Both the position numbers and the translations under genes were made by a program. Under the pieces are notes generated by a model. That model did no database searches and was not told the origin of the DNA. It saw only the letters and a list, made by a program, of their open reading frames with translations. A DNA stretch of 64,000 nucleotides from NCBI GenBank assembly GCA_963796965.1, contig CAWCNS010000004.1, positions 384,001 through 448,000 on the forward strand. The letters run 5' to 3'. Position 1 is the stretch's first letter; the number at the start of each line of letters is the position of its first letter. Shown here piece after piece: positions 32,549-43,366 of this stretch. This DNA comes from Calditrichia bacterium (GTDB lineage Bacteria > Calditrichota > Calditrichia > JAJRVZ01).

Positions 32549-32871
32549 TTCCCCCTTTAGAGGTGGTTAGTGGGGATGTAATAATAGGAAAATTCATTAT
32601 AATCCAAAATTGACGGAACGATTAATTCACTTAATTCCGAAGGAATTGAATATGAATAACCCCGAATGTAATTTGGGGAAGACTATAACGAAAAGACTGT
32701 CAACTCTGAAGGAGTTGAATTTATTTTAATGATTATTAAACTGCTTTGCAGTTTCAAATCTATGGAATACTTACATCTTCGGGTTACACCCAAAGTTAAT
32801 CAAGTTTTACTGCTTCGCAGTATAAGTTGAAGAAAAAAACATCCCCCTAGCCCCCTTCAAAGGGGGAATTA
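32549..32871 (+). pseudogene. Internally deleted DUF559 element with both TIRs and an 11-codon N-terminal remnant
   Basis: Left TIR ttccccctttagaggtggttagtggggatgt. 32589-32621 encodes KIHYNPKLTER (KIYYNSKLKER in the intact gene). Right TIR acatccccctagcccccttcaaagggggaatt. Confidence 0.8.
32633..32821. repeat. Symmetric multi-hairpin element with CGAAG-type loops nested in the DUF559 remnant
   Basis: Hairpins aattc-cgaag-gaatt, ccccgaa-tgtaa-tttgggg and caactc-tgaag-gagttg, mirrored by aaactg-ctttg-cagttt, cttcggg-ttaca-cccaaag and actg-cttcg-cagt. Confidence 0.75.
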
Positions 32872-32905
32872 AATTGTGCTTCTAAAACAGATAAAGGATT
32901 TGATC

Positions 32906-34206
32906 ATGAAAGGTTTTCGTAGAAGTATTTTAAGTAATATCGTAACTTGTCTCTTGGTAATCAAACGGCATGCAAAATTAATATCGTTTTTTTTGATACT
33001 TCTGCTTGTCTCAGCTTGTGGAAAAACCGATGCTCCTGAGCGTATTGATCTATCAACAGAGTGGCGTTTTTCGGGGGATGAAAGTAATATTGGTCAGAGT
33101 GAAAAATGGTATGCTCCCGGTTTTGATGATTCACAGTGGGCTAAAATTGATGCCGGAAAACGATGGGAAGATCTGGGATATCCTGATCTGGATGGTTATG
33201 GCTGGTATAGAAAAAAGGTTGACGTTCCGGCGGGATGGACAGGGGAAAGTGTATGGATAAAATTTAATGGTGTAAATGATGCCTATGAATTGTTTATCAA
33301 TGGGACTAGTGTCAGTTTTTTTGGTGAAGCAAATATTAGTTTTGCCAGTAAACCCACCTTTTCAGAGATATCCAAACATTTAAAAACTGGCGAGACCAAT
33401 CATATTGCAGTAAAAGTTAATGACTGGGGGAACAGTGGCGGTTTGTGGCGCTCACCAATTATATTGACAACTGATGAAAATGAAGTTAAAAATATATTAG
33501 GCCCCATGACAGATACCCAATATACGCCTGAGAGTTTAGGATACGAACTTTTCTGGGAAGACCAATTTGAAGGCAACGAATTAGATCCTGATAAATGGGC
33601 TGTCAGGGGTGTTGGGCCTCGTGCAGCCGGCTATGTCTCTCCTGAGGCTGTAAAAGTAAAGGGTGGATATCCTGGAATTATTGGCCCTTAGAAAAGAATG
33701 ATTCAATTCTAATAGGAGCGGTTGGTACACAAGGTCGTTTTATGACAACGTATGGCTTTTTTGAATGCCGCGCCCAACTCCAAAAATCGGATGGGAATTG
33801 GGCTGCTTTTTGGATCCAATCTACTGATATTGCCAAGGGCGAGGATCCAGGAAAATATGGAGTGGAAATCGATATCATGGAACATTTTAAAAAAATGGGA
33901 AAAGATATCGTTTCGCATAATTTACATTGGGCATATGGACCCAATCAGAAAACTGTGGGAGCGATGGAAAGTAAACGTGATGGTGTCAGCGAAGGTTTTC
34001 ATACTTTTTCTGTAGAATGGACGCCGGAGAAATATGTGTTTTTTGTAGATGGATATAAATATTATGAACTCACTCAGGCTATTTCTCATATTGATGAGTA
34101 CATTATCCTAAGTATGGAACTTCCAAGTAAAAGAGAAGACTTGAAGGATTCGGTGTTTCCTGATGTCTTCCTGGTGGATTACGTGAAAGTGTATAAGAAG
34201 AAATAG
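32906..34206 (+). CDS. Lipoprotein: GH2-type sugar-binding domain + GH16 catalytic domain; frameshift at ~33665-33690
   Basis: Lipobox VSAC. GYGWYRK..VP and FNGVND. Then LFWEDQFEG.ELD..KW, YGFFECR, WAAFW, EIDIME and DYVKVY. Confidence 0.85.
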
Positions 34207-34276
34207 AACATAGATTGAGTTTTCGTATCATTAATGTCCAAATTAAAACAAAAATCACTATTTTATCATGTATTTG

Positions 34277-34361
34277 CATTCAAAAACCCCTTCTCTTCTT
34301 TATGAGAAGGGGCTCCTCAAAGTCCCTCTCTTTGTAAGAGAGGGATTTAGGGTGAGTTTTT
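34277..34361. repeat. 85-bp double-hairpin repeat, inverted copy of 58619-58703
   Basis: My alignment of the reverse complement gives 4 mismatches over 85 nt. Confidence 0.9.
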
Positions 34362-34386
34362 TAAATCATTTCCCTTCTCCATTTAG

Positions 34387-34440
34387 TGTATAGACCGGAG
34401 AGATGGGTTGCAGGTGTTCGGGGACATAGTTTACACTTTT
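34387..34440 (-). mobile_element. Probable solo IS481-family terminal remnant
   Basis: The minus strand reads aaaagtgtaaactatgtcccgaacacctgcaacccatctctccggtctataca: two tandem TGTAAAC.ATGTC-like units ending in TACA, as I recall for IS481 right ends. No transposase nearby. Confidence 0.5.
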
Positions 34441-34521
34441 AAATTTTAGTGCTTCCTTTACAATTCTAAACCGGATGTTTAAAATATTACTTTCATTGAG
34501 ATAAAAAATCATGATACGCAT

Positions 34522-35511
34522 ATGAAAAATAAATTCATCACACTGTGGATTATTTGGAGTCTGTTAGGGGCATTGTTAGTGTATGGTGTTGCGTCTTCTG
34601 ATTCAAAGAATACCACACTAGCAATCATCGCCCAGGTCTTAAGCTTTTCACCTCTCCTGGGATTAATGCTCGCATTAGGATCACGAAATGCTTTCGGTCA
34701 GTTTAAGGACTGGATAAGAAGAGACAAAAATTCGATTTATTATGTTGCGGGTGGTCTATCTCTCCTCTTCGCCATACCGGGAATATTAACCGGATATTTT
34801 AATCCTTATAATACGACTATTTTTACAGCCATTGTTTTTGTGGTATTTGGTGCATTAAAACAGCAGGCAGATGAAAGTTTTACCATCAGCTGGACGGATG
34901 CTGCCTTATGGCTCATCCTTTGGATCCCTTTTGATCTTCGTTGGTATACAGGAATGCAACCGATTCTTGACTATACCTGGTGGTCTATTGCCATTTCTGT
35001 TATTGCTATAATTGGATGGGGTGGATACAGAGGAGTTGATATTGGTTTTAATCTAGTTCCTAAATTCAAAGATTTCTTTGTAACCGTACAGGCATTGATG
35101 ATAATAATGGTCATTGTGATTCCTCCCGGAATTGCAACGGGATTTCTATCTTTTTCTATTCCGGAAGCTTATGATGTTCCCAAGCTATCCGTTCATTTTA
35201 TAGGGTTGTTTCTAACAGTTGCCTTACCAGAGGAATTATTTTTCAGGGGTATACTGCTCAGGGGTCTTGAAAATGTATCTTCTAAGAAATGGGTTCCCAT
35301 GGTTGTATCCTCCCTGGCATTTGGGCTCATGCACTGGAATAACGTTAATGACTTATCAATACAAATTACCTATGTTTCTTTAGCAACCATTGCCGGGTTT
35401 GGCTATGGCTGGGCATACAAAAAAAGTGGAAATAATTTATTTGCTGCCATACTTGTGCATACTCTTGTTGATTGGATTTGGAAATTGTTACTATCTACAT
35501 TAATTGCATAG
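34522..35511 (+). CDS. CPBP family (Abi/CAAX type II) intramembrane glutamic endopeptidase
   Basis: Many transmembrane segments. EELFFRG, FGLMH and ILVHTLVD. Confidence 0.85.
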   Translation: MKNKFITLWIIWSLLGALLVYGVASSDSKNTTLAIIAQVLSFSPLLGLMLALGSRNAFGQFKDWIRRDKNSIYYVAGGLSLLFAIPGILTGYFNPYNTTIFTAIVFVVFGALKQQADESFTISWTDAALWLILWIPFDLRWYTGMQPILDYTWWSIAISVIAIIGWGGYRGVDIGFNLVPKFKDFFVTVQALMIIMVIVIPPGIATGFLSFSIPEAYDVPKLSVHFIGLFLTVALPEELFFRGILLRGLENVSSKKWVPMVVSSLAFGLMHWNNVNDLSIQITYVSLATIAGFGYGWAYKKSGNNLFAAILVHTLVDWIWKLLLSTLIA

Positions 35512-35546
35512 TTAATTTTTTACCACTGCCAAAGGAAGAATTAAAC

Positions 35547-35659
35547 AATTACCACCCCCTATTTCTGCCTCCTTACTAAGGAGGGGGATTAAGGGGGAGG
35601 TCATTCAAGGACTTTTTTTTCTTTGTGATCTTAGTGCCTTCTTTGAGAACTTTGTGGTA
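35547..35659. repeat. C/G-tract hairpin + CTTTGTG-periodic arm, inverted relative to 17828-18103
   Basis: aattaccaccccctatttctgcctccttactaaggagggggattaagggggaggtcattca; ctttgtgatcttagtgccttctttgagaactttgtggta. Confidence 0.8.
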
Positions 35660-35750
35660 AATCTTTTATCTTTTTTCAAATTTGATCCCGTAAAACGGGG
35701 CAGGCTCGGAGGGCGAGCCCAGAGTTCTCAATATTAGGGAAACTTATATT

Positions 35751-36656
35751 ATGAAAAGACGAGATTTTCTTCAAACCATGACAAAGACGGGTGCAGCTGT
35801 TGGGTTAACCCATTCATTGGGTGCCACCAATTTTCCAGAGGCTTCAAGAATTATTAAACCTGAAGGTGAACTAACGTTTCGGGACCGGGGCTGGGTCTGG
35901 GAGGGACAAGGCATTGATCCCGGTGTACCACCTTCCATTTACGGTCTGGGGCAAGGCGCCCGCTACTTTGGTCTGTCGCGTGTCAACTACTTATTTCATC
36001 CCAACGATGTACATGCACTCCGCTTATTGGAAGATTATACGGAGGTCACCTGTGATATCAGTAAATGGGGGTGGGAATGGAATGAGGATGGTCGCCCCAG
36101 ATGTGCTCCCAAAAGCGATCCGGCAACTGTCCAATCAGAAGGTGAAAATGTGGCACGTATGTCTAAAAAGTTCCAGAATATAACCGGTGTATACTGTGAT
36201 GATCTTTATGGGTTGATGAAGCGATATAAATATGGCCCCAGGGAATTTGGCGGGATCCGCTCTGCTATCCGAGAGCTGAATCCTGATCTCAATCTTTGGA
36301 CGGTGGTATATACCCATGAGTTTGAAAAAGTGGATTTCTGGACCGGGATGAGACCGCATATAGATATTGTCACTTTGTGGATCTGGAATTATGAAAATAT
36401 CACCCATCTTAACAAATACGTAGATCAATGCCATGAGCTGTTTCCGGACAAACCGATTATTATGGGTGTGTATTTGCGTGATTATTCAAAAAGGATACCG
36501 GTTCCCCTTGACCACGTTCGCGCCCAGATGAATGGTATCGCCGATCTCATCGCGCAGGGGAAGCTAGCAGGCTATTCGATCCTTGCCGCTGTCCTGATTG
36601 ACGGACACCGCCCCCAGGCAGATACGATCCGTGAGTTCATTGAACGTCAGGCTTGA
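35751..36656 (+). CDS. Tat-signal hypothetical protein, probable TIM-barrel
   Basis: MKRRDFLQ signal. NITGVYCDD, LWTVVY and PDKPIIMGVY suggest a glycosidase-like barrel. Confidence 0.6.
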   Translation: MKRRDFLQTMTKTGAAVGLTHSLGATNFPEASRIIKPEGELTFRDRGWVWEGQGIDPGVPPSIYGLGQGARYFGLSRVNYLFHPNDVHALRLLEDYTEVTCDISKWGWEWNEDGRPRCAPKSDPATVQSEGENVARMSKKFQNITGVYCDDLYGLMKRYKYGPREFGGIRSAIRELNPDLNLWTVVYTHEFEKVDFWTGMRPHIDIVTLWIWNYENITHLNKYVDQCHELFPDKPIIMGVYLRDYSKRIPVPLDHVRAQMNGIADLIAQGKLAGYSILAAVLIDGHRPQADTIREFIERQA

Positions 36657-36717
36657 TTCATATTGGAGAGCACAATATTCATAAACAGGATGTAATATTC
36701 CAGATGAGAGGAAATAA

Positions 36718-38517
36718 ATGATAGGGTTAAAAGCAGTGGTTATTTGTATAGTTTGCATGTTGTTAACGTTGCAACTTTTTGCTCAATCCGGGCATCCACT
36801 TTCTTCTGCAAACTCAAAAGATGATGTAAAAAATCATATTGCACCACCTGACATACCCAAAGGCAAAAATTTTTCCTTTGGCGGAAAGTACAGGAGTGCA
36901 GATGATAGTTTTATCTTTGGAATAATAGCTGACCGAGCCGGAGGCAACCCCATAATAGGATGGCCCTATTTTGAACAGGCTATAAGAGATATGAATGTGC
37001 TACATCCTGATTTTGTATTCATGCCCGGTGACTTAATTGATGGCTATAATCACAGGGAAGGACCTGAAGGGGCTGCGCAGGACTTTAATGAACAATTCGA
37101 TCTATTTACGCATTTTGCAAATAAATTAGAAATGCCCCTCTATTGTGTTCCTGGCAATCATGACTTACCATCCCAAAAGATGATAGCGCCATACCAGGCA
37201 CGATTCGGGAAACTATGGTATTCGTTCGATTATCGTGGTGTTCACTTTATTGCCTTGAATACTGAGGCAAAACCTGGTGAGGGACATAATTTTACCGAGG
37301 AACAGGTAGAATGGGCCATTTCAGATATCGCAACAAGCATTAATGCCCGTCACACAGTCGTCTTTATGCACAACCCTGCCTGGCATCGCAAACGTCCGGA
37401 AAATTTAATGTATCGTCAGTGGTTAACGATAGAAAATGCTTTAAAGGGAAGAAAATACACCGTTATTGCTGCTCATACACACAGGCTTTCCACTACTGTC
37501 CGAAACGGCCGACCGTATTATATCATGGCTAGTAGCGGCGGTATGCAAAGAAAACCACACAGTTTTTACCGCGGAAACACACATCATACAGCATTAGTTA
37601 AAATTGAAGCCGACACGCTTCACTTATCCATTCTTGAGTTGGGAGCAACCCACGGCATCGATCAGGTGAGAAAAACGCGGAAACGCATTGAAAGAATTGA
37701 AACAATTCGTTCCCTTCAATCCAATGGGAAAAAATTTCAGGCGGAAATTTCTGCCTGTATCACTAATCCGCAAACCCGGGAAATACTTGTAGAATTCTCA
37801 CTGCATGGATTGTCTCTAAACGGTTGGAGATCATCTGCAGGAGAACGATTGAGCAAGGTAATTTCACCAGGTGATAGCATCATTTTCCAAACGGTGCTCT
37901 CAATTTCCAATCCTACTATATCTTACCCCCCGGTTTTAAATATCACCGCTAAAGATAATGGTCTTAAACTTGTAAATCACAGTGCAAAAGTGCCTATTTT
38001 TAAAAAAGAGGATTTTAGGACGATTTCAAATTGGCACAGCGCAGCCCCTTTTGAGGGTCGTCCACTTTCATATACAGATCCGCCGTTCGATCTTCAGCGG
38101 GTTTTCCCGGCAATGTTTAATGACTATGGACCCGAAACACAACCATGGAGTCCTGACGATAAATTCCAGGATGGTATTGGTTGGATACAGACTATTGCTA
38201 ATGAGAAGGACCAGGTGGATTTTGGTAAAACGTATGGCTATCTGCATAAAAACCTCGGCTATGCGATCTCTTTTGTGGACAGTCCGGATGATAGATTGGT
38301 GTATGTTAACTTTCTCGCCAATGATTTTGGTCGAATCTGGCTCAACGGAGAAAATGTTGGACAGGAGATGTTCTTTATTGGAGACGGAATGAAGCCATTC
38401 CCTGTCTGGCTTAAAAAGGGACGCAATACCATCCTGGTCAAGGTGGTCAATATGTACTATAACTGGAACTTTATTTTAAAATTAACAGACGTAGATCATT
38501 CTCTTAAGTTCTACTAA
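36718..38517 (+). CDS. Secreted calcineurin-like metallophosphoesterase with C-terminal jelly-roll domain
   Basis: FGIIAD, GDLIDG, PGNHD, FMHNP and AHTH. C-terminal ANDFGRIWLNG..LKKGRN.ILVKV. Confidence 0.85.
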   Translation: MIGLKAVVICIVCMLLTLQLFAQSGHPLSSANSKDDVKNHIAPPDIPKGKNFSFGGKYRSADDSFIFGIIADRAGGNPIIGWPYFEQAIRDMNVLHPDFVFMPGDLIDGYNHREGPEGAAQDFNEQFDLFTHFANKLEMPLYCVPGNHDLPSQKMIAPYQARFGKLWYSFDYRGVHFIALNTEAKPGEGHNFTEEQVEWAISDIATSINARHTVVFMHNPAWHRKRPENLMYRQWLTIENALKGRKYTVIAAHTHRLSTTVRNGRPYYIMASSGGMQRKPHSFYRGNTHHTALVKIEADTLHLSILELGATHGIDQVRKTRKRIERIETIRSLQSNGKKFQAEISACITNPQTREILVEFSLHGLSLNGWRSSAGERLSKVISPGDSIIFQTVLSISNPTISYPPVLNITAKDNGLKLVNHSAKVPIFKKEDFRTISNWHSAAPFEGRPLSYTDPPFDLQRVFPAMFNDYGPETQPWSPDDKFQDGIGWIQTIANEKDQVDFGKTYGYLHKNLGYAISFVDSPDDRLVYVNFLANDFGRIWLNGENVGQEMFFIGDGMKPFPVWLKKGRNTILVKVVNMYYNWNFILKLTDVDHSLKFY

Positions 38518-38585
38518 GTACCTCTGAATGAGGGATACGTGTTTTATAATCTAAGATATGCAAGATCTAAAACCCTATAATCTTT

Positions 38586-38643
38586 TCTTTGTGTTCTCTG
38601 CGCCGCGCCTGCCGGCGGGCAGGTCTTTGCGCCTTTGTGTGAA
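38586..38643. repeat. CTTTGCG-periodic arm interrupted by a 21-nt GC palindrome
   Basis: ctttgtgttctctgcg[ccgcgcctgccggcgggcagg]tctttgcgcctttgtgtgaa. Confidence 0.75.
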
Positions 38644-38682
38644 AAAAGATCCACAGATTAGAAAATTATAAGGATTCATAAT

Positions 38683-40333
38683 ATGCATAACCCTAATTTC
38701 CAAACAGGTTCAATAGAACTTAAAACCCTCGGTCTCCTGGTTTTAATTGCATCATCTTTTCTTTTATCGCCGGCGATCGCTTCACAACCCGTCATTTATA
38801 ATGTTACCGAATTCGGCGCCATTGGTGATGGCAAAACGAAAGATACACAGGCTATTCAGGCTGCTATCCAATCTGCAAATGAAGCCGGTGGCGGTACGGT
38901 TTATTTTCCAGCCGGAACCTTTTTATCGGGTACAATTATTCTGAAAAATCATGTGACTCTATTTCTTGAAGCCGGATCAATCCTGCTGGGCAGTACGGAT
39001 CTTGCCGATTATCCCTCAACTCCGCCTAAATTTCGATCTTATACAGAGACCTACTTTCATCAGAGTCTGATTTATGGTGAAGATCTTGAGAATATTACAA
39101 TTAAGGGTCGGGGAACAATAGATGGGCAGGGAACCACTTTTAATGATCAGCCCTTTCGAAAACGACCCTGTCTGATCCGTCTGGTAAAATGTACGAATGT
39201 GCGGGTGCGGGATATTACATTGGTAAACTCTGCATTCTGGGTGCAGCATTATCTGGCCTGCGATGATTTGGTTATTAGCGGCATCCGTGTCAATAGTATG
39301 AAGGGCGTAAATAATGATGGCTGCGATATAGATGGTTGCCGAAATGTGCGTATTTCTGATTGTTACATTCATTCGGCCGATGATGCCCTGGTGTTAAAAA
39401 GTACTTCTAATCAAACATGTGAAAATGTGACGATTACAAATTGTGTGTTAAGTACAGAATCACAGGGATTTAAATTAGGTACTGAATCTAACGGTGGTTT
39501 TCGAAATATCACCATGACGAATTGTACGATACGTAAACCAGGTTTGGATGAAATGGATTGGGACCGAAAACCACGTGGTGTGGCTGCTATTGGTTTGCTG
39601 ATGATTGATGGGGGTGTCCTTGAGCGGATTAATGTTTCAGATATCACAGTAAGAGGGATGGAATCAATTCTGTTTATTCGAGTACGTAACCGGGCTCGAC
39701 AATTTACGCCAATGGTACCAAAACCTGGCATTGGAATCGCTAGGGATGTCCATATCAGCAATATCATTGCCCGGGATATTGGTCCGCGGGGGGCTGATAT
39801 TACAGGTTTGCCCGGATATCCCGTAGAAAATGTTACGATAAGTAATATCGATGTGACCGTTGAAGGCGGCGAAAAAGCTTTTCCACCCGGGATATGTAAT
39901 TAAAGAGATTACCGAAGGAGATCCGGCTCTACTTTTAGACCATGCTACAAAAATGAAAAAACTTCTACCCTCTTATGGATTTTATTGTCGTCATGTAAAG
40001 GGATTAAAATTTGATAATATAAACTTTGCCTGGGATAAAAAGGATTTTAGGCCGGCTTTAATTTGTGAGGATGTTCAGGATATGGAGATCGATCGATATA
40101 TGGGTCCGGGTATACCTGATAATGCCCCCATGATTGTTCAGAGGGATGTAGAAGATATTTTTATCCGAGGTTGTGTTGTTCCGGAAAACACAGGTGTATT
40201 TATGCGATTTGAAGGCCAGAATAAAAATATTGTTGTCATGGGAAATGATTTGAGCCGGGCAAAGATCCCATTTGAATTTGCGGAGGGATCTTCGGATAGT
40301 GTATTGACTAATATGTATAATCGGGTTAAATAG
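38683..40333 (+). CDS. GH28 family glycoside hydrolase; frameshift at ~39880
   Basis: FGAIGDG..DT.AIQ, GTIDGQG, NNDGCDID, SADDALVLKS, FKLGTES and LPSYGFYCRHV. Confidence 0.85.
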
Positions 40334-40422
40334 GATTATTGGTTTTGCTTTTAACCACGGAGAGACACATGTAAAATAAACACGGAGTGAATTGTCAGAG
40401 ATTTTTGAAAGCTGAAATTATA

Positions 40423-40537
40423 GCACAATTTTTGAGAGAGCAAGATCTATCTCCCCTTTGAGAGGGGGTGTTGCAGTATCTTTTAAATTCACAATCCTTA
40501 GTCCCGTAACGGGATTCCCCCTTCAAACGGGGAATTA
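40423..40537. repeat. Rearranged DUF559-TIR-family repeat
   Basis: gcacaattttt..gcaagatctatctcccctttgagagggggtgttgcagtatc ... attcccccttcaaacggggaatt. Shares blocks with the 15618 and 47159 copies. Confidence 0.7.
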
Positions 40538-40758
40538 GGATTTTCCTTTCTTGTCAAAAACAAGTCTTGCCAGAGGAAACGAAGATCACGGAGAAAAATA
40601 TATAATTTAAAATTCGGTTATGTATAGATCTATAATCAATAATTATAATTTAAGACGAGAGATATAACACCCTATAATGATTCTTTAGGTTATCCGCAGT
40701 CTATGCGTCGTTGCATGAGAAAAGAAATTCAGAAAAGAATATTAAAAGGATACTCACT

Positions 40759-43366
40759 ATGAAAAACAGCAGATTATATCATAGTCCAGTAAGAATTAAG
40801 AATTTAATTCTTATGGCAGCAATAACGTCATTTATTTTTGTCTCACAGTCAGTCGGGTCTCTGAGTAGTATTTATGATGTCACGGATTATGGTGCCGTTG
40901 GGGATGGCGTAACCTTAAATACCAAAGCGATCCAGGAGGTTATTGACGTGTGTGCTGAGAAGGGTGGTGGAACCATATATTTCCCCACCGGGACCTTTTT
41001 ATCCGGAACAATCTATTTGAAGGATAATATACGTTTGTACCTAGAGCCAGGAGCAATCCTCTTAGGCAGCACGAATGTAGAAGATTATCCCCTAAATAAA
41101 ACCCGTTTCCCATCCGGCTCTGATCGGTATGTAGCCAGAGCCTTGATCTGGGGTGAAGATCTTCATAATCTTACCATCACCGGGCGGGGAACCATCGATG
41201 GGCAGGGTGCCTTATTTTCTGATAGTCCTATTCCTCAAGAGGAGTGGAAAGGCCTTGTCACTGTTTTTACCGATACGACCCGTTTTCTTCCTGAGCCATT
41301 TTATATCAACCGTCCCTATCTGATCCGCCTGGTCTCCTGCCGTAATATACTCGTTGAAAAAGTTTCGCTGCAAAAACCAGCCATGTGGCTGCAGCAATAT
41401 TTAAATTGTGAATATCTTACACTCCGAGACCTTAATATCTATAGCCATGGTAATCCCAATAATGATCTGATCGATATTGACGGTACACAAAATGTGATCA
41501 TCTCCGGTATATATGGCGATTCCGATGATGATGGTATCACCTTAAAAAGTACGACCGGCAGGCCTGTTCAGAATGTCACCATTTCCGATTGCATAATCCG
41601 CAGCCGGACAAATGCCATAAAGGCAGGAACAGAATCCGCCAGCGGCTTCAAAGATATCACCATCACAAATTGTATCTTAAAACCATCATTGGCGGATAGC
41701 GGCTATTCTGGCCGCTCGGAAGGTCTGGCGGGAATTGCCCTGGAACTTGTAGACGGTGGTGAGATAGACCGTGTGACGATATCCAATATCACAATAGAAG
41801 ATATGGCAGCCCCAATTTTTCTACGCCTGGGAAACCGTGCAAGACCAAACAGACCTAATCAAATAAAAAAACCTGTTGGCACATTCAAGAATGTAAAAAT
41901 TAGCAATATTACAGCGACCAATGCGGGAAGGAATGGCTGTTCTCTTCTGGGTATCGCCGGCCATTATATTGAGAATGTCTCCATCTCCAATGTCTATATC
42001 AATTTTGACGGAGGAGGGACAAAAGAGAATGCGAAATCTGACTATCCGGAGAATGATGGGGATTATCCGGAGAGTATTCGATATGGAGATTTGCCCGCCT
42101 ACGGTTTCTTCTGCCGCCATGTGGATGGGCTCACTTTTCGTGATGTACAATTTGATTTTAACGAGAAGGAATATCGCTCACCTCTGATCTGCGATGATGT
42201 AAAAAACCTGAAGATTTTTAATTTTAATGCAGAAGTTTCAGAAGAAGCCTCTGCCCAGATTATCCTGAGGGAGACGAAAAATGTGTTCATATCCGAATGC
42301 CGGCCGGAGCCAATGGATATCTTTATGCGACTTGAACGTCATTCCGATCAGATAAAAGTAGTTGGGAATGACCTTAGTCAGGTCAAGCGCCCCTTTATTC
42401 TTGATGAAACCGTGCAATTATCTGCTCTCTATGCTGTGGGAAACCTTCCCGCTGACCGGTCCTTGTTTTCCATGTTAGAACCGGCCATTGAAAGAGCTGA
42501 TCTTGGAAAGGTAACAATACGATCATTTACAGCGGATGCAGATATCCGTTATACCTTAGACGGCACAGCTGTAGCAAGAAATTCAAAAAATTATAAAGGA
42601 CCTTTCGAGCAGATAGCAGCCGCTACTGTAAAAGCGAAAGTATATAAAGGTGAACAGGAAAGCAGTACTGCTGTCCTTGATTTGCCTCGTTTGCAGGTTA
42701 TGAACCCCATCATCAATCCACCCTATTCCTTTTTTAATGAATCGGTAAAGATTTCATCTGGAATCTCCTACCCCCGATGCCGAATTGCGGTATACCCTCG
42801 ATGAATCATTGCCAGTCACAGATTGGGATATATATACAAAACCTTTTAATCTGAATAAAAGTGGCATTCTAGCGGTTCGGGCATTCAAAGAGGATTATAG
42901 CGCGAGTGACATGACATATTCTGTAAATGAACGCGTTCCTCAGAGAAACGGTGTTTATTATAAGTATTATACAGGAAGCTGGAGAAAACTTCCGGACCTG
43001 CTGACACAAACTCCTGCACGAACCGGAAGGGTTGATCAATTCCGACTTGAAAAAGTGGGAACCCGTAAAACTGATTTTGCTTTGCTGATGATCGGGTATG
43101 TGGAGATAGAAAAAGCAGGTATGTATACCTTCTATTGCGGATCGAATGATGGCAGCGCATTATATATGGATAATACCTTATTAATTGATAATGATGGCCA
43201 CCACGGTTTTGTTGAATTGTCAGAGGAAATGTATCTCTCGGAAGGCATCCATCAGGTTGAGGTGCGTTATTTTCAACTGGGAGGCGGGCAAAGTCTGAAG
43301 GTGTCCTGGCAGGGTGAGGGATTTGAGAAGAGGGAATTGTCTCAGGATGATCTGAAGGTATTTTAA
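40759..43366 (+). CDS. GH28 family glycoside hydrolase + two FN3-associated domains + PA14; frameshift at ~42760-42790
   Basis: YGAVGDG, NNDLIDID, SDDDGITLKS and IKAGTES. IRYTLDG and RYTLDE. YTFYCGSNDGS..IDNDGHHG..YFQLGGG. Confidence 0.85.
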
